Source: Octopus vulgaris
Lineage: Eukaryota
Direction: 5' to 3'
DNA: 64,000 bases
Assembly: GCA_951406725.2 (NCBI GenBank)
Contig: OX597835.1
Span: 26,226,001 to 26,290,000, forward strand
The position numbers were made by a program, and so were the translations under genes. Of this stretch, positions 40,789 to 54,735 are shown piece by piece. The notes under the pieces are model-generated. The model saw only the letters and a list, made by a program, of their open reading frames with translations, was not told where the DNA came from and ran no database searches. Numbering within the stretch: the stretch's first letter is position 1; the number at the start of each line of letters is the position of its first letter.

Positions 40789-41682
40789 TTATGTATGTAC
40801 CTATATATGCATGTGTATATATATTTACGTATGTATACATATATATATATGCATGTATGTATATATATACATATGTATGCATATGTATGTATGTGTCTAT
40901 GTGTGTGTGTGTGTGTGTGCGTATGCATAACCGAGATTATTGTATGGAGATGATATTATTGGTTACGTAATATTCAAGTAGGAAACTGCATGAAATATGA
41001 ATTTTTCTGTTTAATATGCTGCAACATGTGTCTACTCTGACAGTTATATATGTAACTCTCTGCACACAGAGTTAGTATACGAGAATTTAGGAGCATCTCT
41101 AAGCCAGTAGGAATGGGGAGACGGAGGCGAAATGCATGAAATTCTTTGCTTACAGAACAAAGACAACTATCTGACATGACAGGTTCAATCTATATAAACT
41201 GCCAGTAGGTCTCGAGGTCAGTGTAAGCTTTATATGACGTAATGCCACGACGTGGTTTGAAGTTTGGCATCACGCATGCATAACGGCTTCTAGAATGTTC
41301 TGAAACGGTAATATGGTGACAGAGAATTGATAGAGTTGAAATATGTGGTGTTCTTGACTGGAGATGAAATGGAACCGGCTGCCATAAAAAGTTATATATA
41401 TTTCAATGGTTAAAATCTAAAGTCAGTCTCTGATTTATTAGAATTATGATCATGAAAAGAATATTTTAATTACGTTATACGAGGTAATTTGCTTTGCCTT
41501 CTTTTTCTGTCCTGAGATCACCGTCAAGGATGCCTGACCATGCTAGAAATATTGGTTTAATTCACAGAGATTTGAAGTTACAGCACCGACAACCACTTAT
41601 ATCGATATGCGTCACAGGGTTTGTATAACTCGCTTAAATGAACTAAATTTTTGTACCGATTCATTCTCACCCGTCTACCATA

Positions 41683-41727
<45 letters not shown>

Positions 41728-41807
41728 CATTTATGTATGTATGTATGTATGTATGTATGTATGTATGTATGTATGTATGTATGTATGTATGTATGTATGT
41801 ATGTATG

Positions 41808-41876
<69 letters not shown>

Positions 41877-42045
41877 CCGATTTTCTTCCAGAATTAGCCA
41901 AGAAAACATTTTATCATTAATTAAAATCTTAGGGTAGCAAGAATATTCATAGAAAAATATTCATAGAAAAATTCTTAGTTGCCAGTAGTCTAGCGAGAAA
42001 GAAACAATTAGTCAATAGACTATATATTATTCAAAGAAGAATACA

Positions 42046-42294
42046 GTGTACGTTCAAACACAAAAGAGATACCCGAAGAATAGGACATCTGACTCGCTAG
42101 AAAGAGCAGTTAAAACTCCAAGCCACCAATTGTTGTAATTCCAAAAGTGATTGGAAAATAGGATTAAGGTAAATGTTTTTATTTTCCAGTCACTTTCGGA
42201 ATTACAACAATTGGTGGCTTGGAGTTTTAACTGCTCTTTCTAGCGAGTCAGATATCGTATTCTTCGGGTATCTCTTTTCTGTTTGAACGTACAC
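42046..42294. repeat. Near-perfect 115-bp inverted repeat with a 19-nt spacer
   Basis: Arms 42046-42160 and 42180-42294; I count 5 mismatches and no gaps. Confidence 0.95.
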
Positions 42295-42532
42295 GATATA
42301 TATATATATATAATATACACGCACATATGGTCCAAAACTATAGAAAACACAAAGAAAAGGGAAAGAACAGCAAACATAGTGTATTAGTTTAACGCCCAGG
42401 AAAATGAGCGAAGTCTGTAACGTTTTGAGCCATCATTCGGAATAATTCAGCACTGAATATATTCCGGTAAAATTTAAAATTTAGAAATAGGATAAAATCT
42501 TTATAAGTATTTATCAAGTAGTCAGCATGACA

Positions 42533-42598
42533 AACCTCATTAGGGAAAAATTCATAATTATTCCCTTTAAATTATGAATTTTTCCCTTATGAGGTTTT
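42533..42598. repeat. ~28-bp inverted repeat hairpin
   Basis: AAACCTCATTAGGGAAAAATTCATAATT ... AATTATGAATTTTTCCCTTATGAGGTTT (1 mismatch). Confidence 0.9.
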
Positions 42599-42756
42599 TT
42601 ACGCTGAATGTACACGTGTACCGAGATGCAATTCGTAAAGCCCACCTCTTACATTGATATATAAGAGTGAACAGTTCTATGTACCGTGCAGGATACATTT
42701 AGTTTTCGTCTGGTATATTGATTTTTTTGTTCATTTTTTACGTGTCTTGGTTATGC

Positions 42757-42818
42757 CTGCACTGACGATTAGAAAGTGTATTTTGTACACTAACTATGAA
42801 ATCATATAGGATTTGCGG
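42757..42818 (+). ncRNA. Type I hammerhead ribozyme motif, intact core
   Basis: CUGCA CUGACGA u UAG aa AGUGUA uuuug UACACU aa CUA u GAAA UC auauag GA UU UGCGG. AUU triplet; stem III region is a near-palindrome (AUCaUAUAGGAU). Confidence 0.75.
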
Positions 42819-42958
42819 ATGAATCTGTTTTTAAGAGTTCGGTTTAAGATTTACATACCCTCGCGTTCAGTACACTGTATTCATTATGGTAGTTTTGACT
42901 TTAAGAGTCCCTCATAGCATGAGGCATTTATGTGTAGTAATACGCTTAATATAAATAG

Positions 42959-42993
<35 letters not shown>

Positions 42994-43179
42994 TGTATAT
43001 ATGTATATATGTATACATACCATGTTTTAGTGGCAACAGAAATATTACCGTCTTGTATTGTTACTACTTATATCTCGTTCAGAGATTTTAGAACTATGTA
43101 TGTATGTATGTATGTATGTATGTATGTATGTATGTATGTATGTATGTATGTATGTATCTATCTATCTATCTATCTACCC

Positions 43180-44560
43180 TCTTCTGACTCTTAATCTGCA
43201 TGTGTCTTTCACTTGCTGTGGAAGTTTATCACCGTTAAAGGCCGCTGAGAACAAAAGTTCTCCACAGGGTCAACATAGTTTCTTGGTCTCTTGTCTTGAA
43301 GGATCTCAGTATCCATCCTGCCAGTTGTCTGCACTTTGGTGCCATCTTGATGATGTGCATATAAAATTATGCGTCATTTCACGTACTGATCCTCAAGTAT
43401 TTCACTGTTTGTGATTCTGGGATTGTAGTGCCTTCGGGTCTTGTATATGTAGGCTGTAGTGCATTCGTGAGTTGATAGTGCAGTGCTCTAAATTTTCCAT
43501 TAAGCAGCATGTTGTTTATTTCAGCCCACTTGTATATCGAATTTAGGTCCCGCTGTAAGCTTGCGACGTCACCTTGGTTTTTTACTGCCTGTGATAATTT
43601 TGTATCATCGTTTTAACTAGTGACAGTGGCTGTCCGTGTGAACGTGGGCTATTATGAACAGTAATGGCCACAGAACAGTTCCCTGGGGGATGTCACTTAG
43701 GAGTTGAGCTTCCTCAGAAAGAGCAATATTGGCTGCAACTACCTGACTTCTGTCTGTAAGGAAGTCATGCAGCTACTCCCCTAGTTTACCAGTAATACCA
43801 AGGTCTTGTAGCATATGGCATATCATTCCATGATCTTCTTTATCAAATGCCTTTGCAAAGTCAATATATATCACGCTGACATCTGAATGGTCAAGCAGCT
43901 GTTCAAAACCCAATCATAGGCGTTCTGTGCAGCAGCTTCTTCCTGGACGGAAGCCATGCTGTGTATTGTTCAGTAGGTTGTTTCCTTCTAGGAACATTAT
44001 CAACTTCTTTCTGATAGTTCGCTCCAAGTCTTTACTAACATATAAAGTCAGACAGATTGGCCTGTAGTTTTGACCTCTGCTCTGCTTCCACCTTTGTGGA
44101 TAGCGTATATAATGCCTTATTTCAGGGTTTTAGAAATTTTACCACTTGCAAGGAAACGTTGGGAAAGTATCTGAAGTGGTTTCGCTAAAGCCTACTTACA
44201 TGACGTCAGGAGAATACCTGGGAAGTCATTGGGAACAGGTGCAGAGTTTGAGATCATCTGATCTATGGTCGCTGTTACATTTGTTTCCTCAATGTTGATG
44301 TAATTGATGGTTAACGCCTCCTGTTTTGGAGCCGCAATATTAAAGAACTCAGCAGTTTTTTAAATTTTATTATAGTATGTGTCAAAGGGAGGAAGTGAAA
44401 ACACTTTTAAATTGTTCACTGAGTATCTAACTTATCCTTCCTGGGTCGGCTGTCAGTGAGTCATTCCCATAAAACGAGGGTCCTATTTTATATTGTATTA
44501 TGGTTGTTTCCTTTGGGAAATTATTGAAAGTTTTCGGATTTGTTTTTATGCTTTCCACAG
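43180..44560 (-). mobile_element. CR1-group LINE ORF2 reverse transcriptase, pseudogenised
   Basis: NYRPICLT...QHGFRPGRSC...IYIDFAKAFDK...IPQGTVLWPLLFII...*NDDTKL (decayed YADD)...LQRDLNSIYKWAEINNM. Confidence 0.93.
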
Positions 44561-44619
44561 CTCGGTTCTGTCTCTCTCTCCCTCTCGCTCTCTCTCTGCC
44601 CTTTCCCTTTCGTGAGAGA

Positions 44620-44790
44620 GTTTGTGCAATATTCATTTTTTCATTCACTCTCTGTTTATTTTCTCTTATTCCTTTCTGTTGAAGAGCGAAGGTTCGAAAT
44701 TTAAAGATTTTCCCGAGGATCAAATTAATACACCTGCCAGTTGTTCATACACCAGACTTCGTCTTTTGTTATTCTATAAATTTCAGGTGT
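44620..44790 (+). mobile_element. PLE-like terminal fragment with a decayed hammerhead (44673-44706); same family as 42340-42435 (-) and 56913-57025 (+)
   Basis: uuu CUGUUGA a GAGC gaag GUUC GAAA, with the shared downstream segment TTCCCGAG...AATTAATACA. Confidence 0.5.
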
Positions 44791-44794
44791 ACAT

Positions 44795-44932
<138 letters not shown>

Positions 44933-45341
44933 ATTTATGTATGTATTCATGTATGTATTTATGTATGTATGTATGTATATGTATATATGCAATATGCTGC
45001 AAGCATAAACTTACGCTAAAATTCATATATTTCTACAAGCATTGAATATCTACATACATATATGTTTGTATGTCTATCACTCACTCCCCGCTTCTGTGTC
45101 TCTCTATCTCTGTCTACTTGCCTGTCTGTCTGTGTCACACACACACACTCTCTCTCTCTTTCTCTCTCTTTCTCTCTCTCTCTCTCTTTATATGGCCGCA
45201 GTCAAATGACTGGAACAAATTAAAGAAAAGAACAAAAGAATATGTGTGTGTGTGTGTGCGGGGGGGGGGTGCACATGTATATTTAAATTGATATAAATAT
45301 ATTTATATTTTTATACGTATGTATGTTTATATATAATATAT

Positions 45342-45374
<33 letters not shown>

Positions 45375-45446
45375 CATGAAGATGTAATAATATTCATAAA
45401 GGTATCTTCGCGTGTACATGTATTTATATTGATATACATATGTATG

Positions 45447-45499
<53 letters not shown>

Positions 45500-46156
45500 G
45501 TGCATTTATGTGTGAATGTATATATGTGTACATATATGCATATATGCATGTATATGTGTATGGTTGTATATATTTATGTACATATGTATGTGTGTATATG
45601 ATATATATATATATATATGTATATATGTAAATATATATATATATATATATATACATACATGTAAATATATACGGACATATTTTATACACACACACACACA
45701 CACACACATACATATACACACATACATGTTTAAATACATATATTATTTACATATTTATCAGATGCCTAAGCTTCCGTCTGTTGCCAGCAAGGGATTGCAG
45801 AAATAAATAAAATAAATATAAAAGACGAAACTTTATTATATACACTACACATAAAACGTATTCATTCGCCATTTCGATTTATCATTCCATCAAGCAATGT
45901 GAATTCTTCGGTTTAAGTTGACATCATCAGATGCTTTAGTAATTTGTAAGCCACCGGGGCAGAATTTAGAGCTGTAGTTGTGTGTGCCGGGAATATTATG
46001 AAGTTATAAAGCGTAGCCATCATATATAGTCGACATTAATGCTTAATAATGTCTTGTATTGATTCCTGCATTCGAAGCCATCCGCGGCATTGATTTTCGC
46101 AACGAATCGATATTATATATTACACTTAGTCGTTGAGATATATGTGTATATGTATG

Positions 46157-46187
<31 letters not shown>

Positions 46188-46455
46188 ATATATATATGTA
46201 TATATTTATATGTGTGTATATATGTATATATATATATTTACATACATACATAGAGAGAGAGAGAGATGTAGAGATAGATAGATAGATAGATAGATCAATA
46301 TGTGTTTGTATGCATCGATATATGCATTTCTATGTGACCATACATAAATATATATGCACCTGTACACACACACATATCTTGATTCATGTATGCATACGCA
46401 CATATATACACACAGACTGTATTTATATCTACGTATTTATATATGTATAAGTATC

Positions 46456-46525
<70 letters not shown>

Positions 46526-47048
46526 TGTCTGTGCGTGTGTGAACGTCTGGTTGTATTTATATGTGCTCCAGATGAATTGTTGTCGGTGATGTATCCGTGT
46601 ATCGGTGTGAGTATGTAAATAAATATATAATAAGATAGCATATGAATAAGACTACCTGTAGTGTTTACGATTCATTCGAAAAACAACATTGTTCATATAC
46701 AGACATTTTCTAGTGAGATTTTCTCATATTTTTTTCATAAGGTTTTGCGCTCTAAGCGGCTAAAATTATTCTATATTCTCAGCTGGTATGGAGGCCCTCT
46801 TCGAAGCCGTTTATATATATACTTTTTCACCTTATATAGTTCACACCTCGCCAAATATCGTATGCAAACGTTTATCTAGTGTTCCTATGAGGAATTTCTT
46901 TTTTGTGCAAGAAGCATTCAAGAGGACAAATACATACACACATACATACCTATATGTACATGTATGTATGTATGTATGTATGTATGTATGTATGTATGTA
47001 TGTATGTATGTATGTATGTATGTATCTATCTGTCTGTCTGTCTATCTA

Positions 47049-47161
<113 letters not shown>

Positions 47162-47467
47162 ATTAAGGAAGTGGAGAGGAAATCGACAGACATCAACCGG
47201 TAAACATTCCAGTGTGTCTATTTATTCCAATGCATTAGATAAATACATACACCTGTATTAGTGGTACAGATTATCAAATAGGAAGAGTTGGTCATTGCAA
47301 GAACAAGGGTGTGGAAGCATATAATCATATAGGAACAGACGATTGATTGAGTAAATGAGCAAATGAGCAAATAAGTAAATGAACAGATTGTCAGTAAACC
47401 CGAATGTGTGTGTAGGTGCTAGGTCCTATATATATAATTTACATACATACATATATTATGTGCACGG

Positions 47468-47678
47468 TACGGGGTGGGCCAAAAGTTACGCAAGACAGTA
47501 AAACTCATTTAATAATGAACAAAATTAATTACAATAATACAATATGAATAAAATGTCAAATGTTCTGGTGATTTTACTTTCACTCACCCTGCATACATTT
47601 CCATACACTTCTCTCGGTTATGCGCAGCTGCTTGTACGTCAATTCAGGAGCTGGTTATCCGGTTGCCACTCTATCACC

Positions 47679-47709
<31 letters not shown>

Positions 47710-47742
47710 TATGTTGTGTGTGTGTATGTGTGTGTGTGTGTG

Positions 47743-47825
<83 letters not shown>

Positions 47826-48932
47826 TAGAAAAACCACCTTTTATCAATTCAATAATGAAAAATTAAATTGTACCATCTAGAAAATTACATATTATATAAA
47901 GATTAAATTTAAGATAAAACATATAACGATGATTAAGTAGTCTGCAACATAATAAATAAAACCTATATATTTGGTAGAATAACGACACGTGTTTCGTGGC
48001 TATATTTAAGAAATGATTATAGTAAAAATATTAGTAGTAGTAGTAAACTCACTTCAATATAAATATAGCCACTCATCAGGTTAAAGATAACTACAATAAT
48101 ATAATAATTCATTAATAAATATGCGTAAATAATCTTTTAAAATACAAATATATTCTTTAATATATATATATATAAGATACAAAATATACATTAAGTGAAG
48201 AACTAAACACAACACTTTAAACTATGTACATTAAATCAAATTATTAATTAATATATTTATTTAATAAACGTCCAAATAAAATCTAATACCCATTAAGCAA
48301 TTTATACTAATAATATTTGGATTTTGTATATAAAGCGTAGCCATCATATACAGTCGACATTAATGCTTAATAAGACCATGTACCAGTCGTGGACGGAAAG
48401 GTTTTAATTTCAGCTTTTGCATTTCGCTCTGCAATGATGCTCCTGGTATGGAGATTTATGGAGAATCAGGTCGTGTGGACTTCTTTGGACTGATCACAAA
48501 TGCCATAGTCACTACCATCCATCTCATTTTGTTCAGTCACAGAAGCCTTAGGGCGTTCAGTCTTTGGAGCACTACTCACAGAACCTGTGTATCAAATTTA
48601 TTTCTTATCAGAGAAATTGTCTCGCGTGAAGGTGGAGGAGTGTATAAGGCTTCATGCCATGGTGTGTGCACCTGCTCGGCATTTTCAGACTCCGAACCTG
48701 CTTTAGTATCCACTTTCTTTGTGCTTGATTTAAATTATTTGCCATGGCTCACACTTTACAGTACCGGTAAAAAAAAAACCAAAAAAACAAAACAATTACA
48801 AACTGAAAAGGGAGCTTGACAGAATTAACTAAATTAGCATAGAATAATGGCTTCATATTTCCTTATAATTAAGATCTAAAACTGCTAATGGGATAGTTGA
48901 ATAACTATAAACCTACTTTTGGGCCACCCTAT
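47468..48932 (-). mobile_element. Internally deleted Tc1/mariner-superfamily element with nested microsatellites and a PLE remnant
   Basis: TIRs TACGGGGTGGGCCAAAAGT / ACTTTTGGGCCACCCTATA. Minus-strand PPPSRETISLIRNKFD..GSV...ERPKASVTEQNE...SPKKSTR resembles an N-terminal HTH. Confidence 0.8.
47980..48083 (-). ncRNA. Type I hammerhead ribozyme, fully canonical
   Basis: UAAC CUGAUGA GUGGCUAUAUUUA [loop] UAAAUAUAGCCAC GAAA CACGUG UC GUUA. Stem I is 4 bp, stem II is a perfect 13 bp, stem III is the palindrome ACACGUGU, and GUC cleavage is predicted between 47984 and 47983. Confidence 0.9.
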
Positions 48933-48938
48933 ATATAA

Positions 48939-48970
<32 letters not shown>

Positions 48971-49265
48971 ACAATGCTACTTCACTAAAGACAAATATTC
49001 AGAAACCACATGGGATAGTAATTGTATTGTTTGGGAAAATAAATTACACTGAATTTTAACTGCAAAACCAGCTTGGATCGATAGCGTCTTTGGCATCGTT
49101 TAGTTCTCTATGCATTTGAGCATTTGAATAAAGTTTTTTTCTATCGAAGGAAACTCTATTAAATGTTTGGGGTTTTTTTTTCAGTGATTATATGAAATTC
49201 GTGTAAAACGTGTAAATATTACACTACAACTCGGTAACGAACTATACACACACACACATATGCAC

Positions 49266-49339
<74 letters not shown>

Positions 49340-49511
49340 ATATCTGTATCTATATTTATATATGTATGTGTCTCTATTTCTATATCTATCTATCTACCAA
49401 TCTATTTAACTACTATCCTTACCATTGAAATCTGCTGTGTTATTTAGTAAGTATAATTAATGTATACCAAACTACCATCAACACCACCCCACCACCACCA
49501 CCACCACCACC

Positions 49512-49545
<34 letters not shown>

Positions 49546-50391
49546 CGACAACAACGACAACACTACCACCATCTACTCCGCCGCCACCACCAACTCCACC
49601 ACAAACAACAACAACTCTACCGCCACCAGCTCTACCTCTTCCACCACTGCTACCACTATTTACACCACCACCACACCACAACTAATAGCGTAATAACACC
49701 AGCAACAACAACAAAAGCAACGAGGGCGAAAATACGAAAAACGAAGAAGGAGAGCACGAAGAAGGAGACCTACGAACAGCAAGAAGAATAACAATAGCAG
49801 AGAATAGACAGGGGAGGTAACTAAAACGGAAAAGCACACACACACACACATGCAAGGTGAAGCACAAATAGAGGAACAGCAAAAACATTATCATAAAAAT
49901 CACGATAACAACAGCAATGAGAACAACAACAACAACAACAATAATAATAACAACGACCGTTACCACTACCACCACCATCACCATCACTACCACCTCACCC
50001 CCACCAACACCACTACCGCCTTCTTTAAAACAAGGTAGGAAACGTTTGCTGTTTATAATCTTGTAAAGGCTGAAAAACAAAACGAAAGAAATACATCGAA
50101 ATATGATTTTGTCTGTGAATTTTGGAAAACAGAGGAAACAAAGAAAAAAAGAAAGGAACAAATGAAGTTTAAAGTATTTAAATCTTCAGGTTTTTTTTTG
50201 AGAATAACAATGCCAATACACACACGTGACCTGAATTATAACCCCCGCGTCTATTCTTAACTGTACAACTTTTGTGTTTTCACTTTCAGTTTGTTTTTCC
50301 AGTATGTTAGATCTTTCTGAAGTTAAGTCAGATGGAGGAATTAGACATTTTGTCTGAGTTATAGTAAAATGATAATAATAAAAAAGCACTG

Positions 50392-50850
50392 GCACTCCGT
50401 CGGTTGCGACGGCGAGGGTACCAGTTGATCCTATTTCTTTACTACCCAGAAGGGGCTAAACACAGAGAGGACAAACAAACGGATTAAATCGATTATATCG
50501 ACCCCAGTGCGTAACTGGTACTTATTTAATCGATCTCGTAAGGATGAAAGGCAAACTCGACATCGGCAGAATTTGAACTCAGAACGTAGCGGCAGACAAA
50601 ATACGGCTACGCATTTCGCCCGGTGTGCTAACGATTCTGCCAGCTCGCCGCCTATGCGAGGGTACCAGTTGATCCAATCAACGGAACAGCTTTTTTGTGA
50701 AAATAACGCGCAGGTAGTTGATCACATTAACACACACGTGTACCCTTAATGTAGTCCTCAGGGAGATTCAGCGAGGCACAGAATATGACAATTTTGGCCC
50801 ATTGAATTACAGGTATAACTCAGTTTTTGCTCGCTGAGTGGGCTGGATCT
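50392..50850 (-). mobile_element. SINE (family 2/3 tail) interrupted by a family 4 SINE
   Basis: The tail sequence resumes after the insertion. Confidence 0.8.
50432..50655 (-). mobile_element. Full-length SINE family 4 with a 20-bp target-site duplication
   Basis: GCGAGGGTACCAGTTGATCC at 50412-50431 and 50656-50675. Confidence 0.92.
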
Positions 50851-50886
50851 TGTTTTAACCGCCATCATTTAAATCTGAACACTGTC

Positions 50887-50964
<78 letters not shown>

Positions 50965-51600
50965 TAATCATTTGTAGCATATTAATTATGAATTTGCATT
51001 CTCTCCTCCAGATCTCAAGTTCAGCTATAATTTGCACCTGACAGGTCGGTATATGCGCTGTTTCTCCAATAATAATATGTATGAAACTGAAGGTATACCT
51101 TGGAAACTGGATTTGCGAGCTCCTTATCAATGATCCATAGACGTCTCCTTTCTCTTACATTTTTCTAAACAGATTCGTCTCCAGAGAACAGTTAGTTTCC
51201 AAAACTGAAATATCCTTTCTTTCTGGTTCCACACTAAAATATCTGACCGGTTGCGTTTTAACTTGTTGGCTATTTTAATTTTCAATTTCCACCAGTATTC
51301 TGTTAATCCATCGGTCTCAATATGGTCAATTTGCTTGTAGGTATTCCCTCTTTTCTTTTTTGTCATCCTGTTCCAGACCGTCCTGGTCTCCATATCATGC
51401 TTCATGGGGAGACAATATCTGGATGACATTCTGTCACAGATGGCAATAATGTGGTTGATGTCTTTAGTCTTGGTCTTTCAGAGCCGACCTTTGTTGTCTT
51501 TCAATGCTTCCTGCCATTTATGTTGTAGGTCCTTGGTGGAGATTTTTGTTCTTGGATTACATGGATGTAGCCTTCAAAGTAGGACGGCATAATCTTGTCG
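50965..51600 (-). mobile_element. R4/Dong-like (restriction-like endonuclease) LINE 3' remnant
   Basis: DINHIIAICDRMSSRYCLPMKHD (H..C..RHD), RNRSDILVWNQ (PD motif), FPRYTFSFIHIIIGETAHIP. Confidence 0.75.
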
Positions 51601-52329
51601 GAACTTCATGCCAAGCTGTTGAAATGATCGATCGGTTTTAGTTTTACGTGCCAAGTACTCTCGTTCTATGTAGGTATGCATGCATACATGCATGTATGTA
51701 TGTGTGTATGTATGTATTTATGTATATATATGTATGTATGTATATATGTATGTATACGTGCTGGTGCATGTATATATGTGTGTGTATGCATGTATGCAGA
51801 TATTTATCTGTGTGTGTATGTATGTATGCATGCATGCATACATGCGCATGTGTATTGTGTAAATATGTATGTATATAAGTATATATATGTATGTACGTAT
51901 GTATGTATACGCGTGGGTGCATGTATATATGTGTGTGTATTCATGTATGTAGGTATGTATCAGTGTTTATGTATGTATGAACGCATGCATACATGCACGT
52001 GTGTATGTGTGTAAATATGTATGTATATATGTATATATATATATATATGTATGTATATGTATGTATATGTGTGTGAATGTATATATATGTGTATGCATGT
52101 ATGTAGGTTTGTATGTGTGTGCATATAAGTGTGTGTATGTATGTATATGTACAGAAATGGATATACTCACACACATACGCAATGCACATACACTCACACA
52201 TATACTTTGTAGAGCTAACCGGAGATTTTTGGCAGCAGATACCCCAGTAACATTTTGGGATTTTATAGAAACTAAATTTTTAAAATAAATCTCGGTTATT
52301 TCAAAGATGCACCCAATTATGCTATGTGT

Positions 52330-53760
52330 AGATGATCAAAGGAAGATAAAAACAAGTTTCCAAAACCATGATTAATGAAACTATATTTTAAAAATTATTT
52401 TAAAGAAATAAAATTTAATACGACTAAAACTTTATTTAAAGTCTTCAGTGTGGAAATACGTGCTCACAAAATTTAACAAAGCATGCTTTTGTAGCTACAC
52501 AAAAAGGAACAAACAAACAAGCGTTGTAATAAACTGAAATTGGCACCACTTTATCAAAGCAGATATTTTTTCAGTAGCAAATAATTTAATTGGAACTACT
52601 ATTAATACTTTCAGCAGAATTTGTAGCTTGTCATGGAAATATTCTTCGAATATTTTTATGAGAAGCTTGTTTAGGAGAAGTTATTAATAAAGGAATTCGT
52701 TCTTCGTCAATTGCAACTGATTGTAAACTTCACAGAACGAAATGCACGGTTTTTATAGAAAAAAGAAAGTGTTATCTTCTCATCCTTACTGAAGAAATAA
52801 ATTGAAGCTATAAGTAAGAATCAGTTTCGCTTCATTTTGGACGAATCGACTGACACTGGTTGTAAAAAAAATGGCGACATCTACGCGTATGTGTTAGCTA
52901 ACATAATAAACGAGAAACTAAAAGTTGTATCAGTTTTTATGTCCGATTCTTGTTAAAAAAACCTTACTGCTGAAGTGCTGTATTATGTCATCTTGCCATA
53001 TAAAAGACCTTGAGTGATGTGGGAATTAATATTAAAAACCGTTTGGTATTGCAACGGAAGGAACTTCAAACCTTTTGTGGCTTTAATAATTCTCTCGGCA
53101 CCTTCATGAAATTACATAATCTAAAGTGATTCTCATAAAATGTATGTCATTTTCTCTCTTTCCTCTCTCTCTCTCTCTCTTTTATTATCTCTTTCCCTCT
53201 TTTTGTATCTTTCTCTCCATTTAGCATGTTCCTAAGCTGTTGAAGAATTATTACCTTCTAACGTTGAATATTAGTTAAAGGAAAGCTTACAGCTGGTTCC
53301 GCGGATTAACACCGAGAAGAGAATCTTAAACACGAATATACAAATTAATCGATGAGTCCCTTTTCAAGACCAAAATGGTAGGCGTGATATAACTGTGTAA
53401 GCAAACTTCTCAAGCCAAAAGATGCATTAATGCTATATTTTCAAATGACATCTTCTAGCTTCAACATGGATTATGCAAGAGGATTACATGTTATATCCTG
53501 TGAGACGACTAATGAAATTTATTTTGCGTTAATGAAATCTGTGTTCAATGAATTTGAAAAAAAAACTAATTTGCTGTTTGGAAACGAAATAATGAATCAT
53601 TGAAGTATCTTAGATGAACTTTACAGTTTTGCATTGTCCATACAACTAGACATGTTTATTCTCATTATGTGAATGTTCGAAGCTAATTTAGATATTAAAT
53701 TTACCTCCCAGGGGAAAAATAAACTAACTTGGGATGCGATTCGACTAAACGTTTCAATAA
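52330..53760 (+). pseudogene. Decayed hAT (ZNF862-like) transposase
   Basis: FRFILDESTDTGCKK; GIATEGTSN..CGFNNS; LACS*AVEELLPSNVE; many stops and frameshifts. Confidence 0.75.
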
Positions 53761-54049
53761 GTGAGCTTTCATAAATACAAATGAAACATGAAAACAACTG
53801 TGGATACATTTTTCGGAATACTGTACAAAAACGGCATCTAATTCATTTTAGAATTATATGTAATGAACTTATTGTTTTCTTTTTATTAATTTAAGACAGA
53901 GAAAGAAGAGGAATCCTCACGATGCTGTTTCCTTCAGGGACTCCAAGACTTATTACTGAAAACTAACTTTAATGTTTGCAACTGAATGAAATCTGCTAAA
54001 AGCATATGGAGTAGTGTTTCTCAACCGGGGACCATATGACCCCAAGGTA

Positions 54050-54280
54050 AGCGCGCTGGACTCATGATCGTAAGATTGTCGTTTCGATTCCTAGACCGGG
54101 CGACGCGTTGAGTTCTTAAGCAAAACACTTCATTTCACGTTGCTCCAGTCCACACAGCTAGCAAAAGTGAGTAAACCTGCGACGGACTGGGGTAACGTCC
54201 AGGGGGGAATTTATATGCCTTGGAAACCAGGAAACCAGTCCCTATCTTTCGGCATGACTCGTGAAGGCAACTTTATTTTT
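54050..54280 (+). mobile_element. SINE family 3
   Basis: Reverse complement homolog of 466-690. Confidence 0.8.
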
Positions 54281-54390
54281 TACAAGGCTCATATGGATTT
54301 TGGTGTTAACGTTTATGTGAATTAATAAATTGTTTATAATTTTACAATACACAAAATATTTTAACAAATATTTTTAATACGTTTACATAC

Positions 54391-54699
54391 CATCGTGATC
54401 ATCGTGACCGACCAGGCTATCAGATGTTGCTACACATCGCTGGTCACAATGCGCTTCGCATTGTTTTAGCCTTCAAATGACGCCACCCCGCTGGTTAAGC
54501 GAGCAGACCAACGGAAGAAAGGGTGAGAGAAAGTTGTGGCGAAAGAGTACAGCAGGGATCGCCACCACCCCTTGCCGGAGCCTCGTGGAGCTTTAGGTGT
54601 TTTCGCTCAATAAACACTCACAACGCCCGGTTTGAGAATCGAAACCGCGATCCTACGACCGCGAATCCGCTGCCCTAACCACTGGGCGATTGTGCCTCC
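54391..54699 (-). mobile_element. SINE with family 2 head and a different tail
   Basis: 54520-54699 matches 33530-33708. 54391-54515 is unrelated to the 33331-33510 tail. Confidence 0.85.

Positions 54700-54735
<36 letters not shown>

Noticed and set aside
45895-45935. Minus-strand CUGAUGA...GAAG
   Set aside because: Stem II does not pair and GAAA is absent; likely a chance match.
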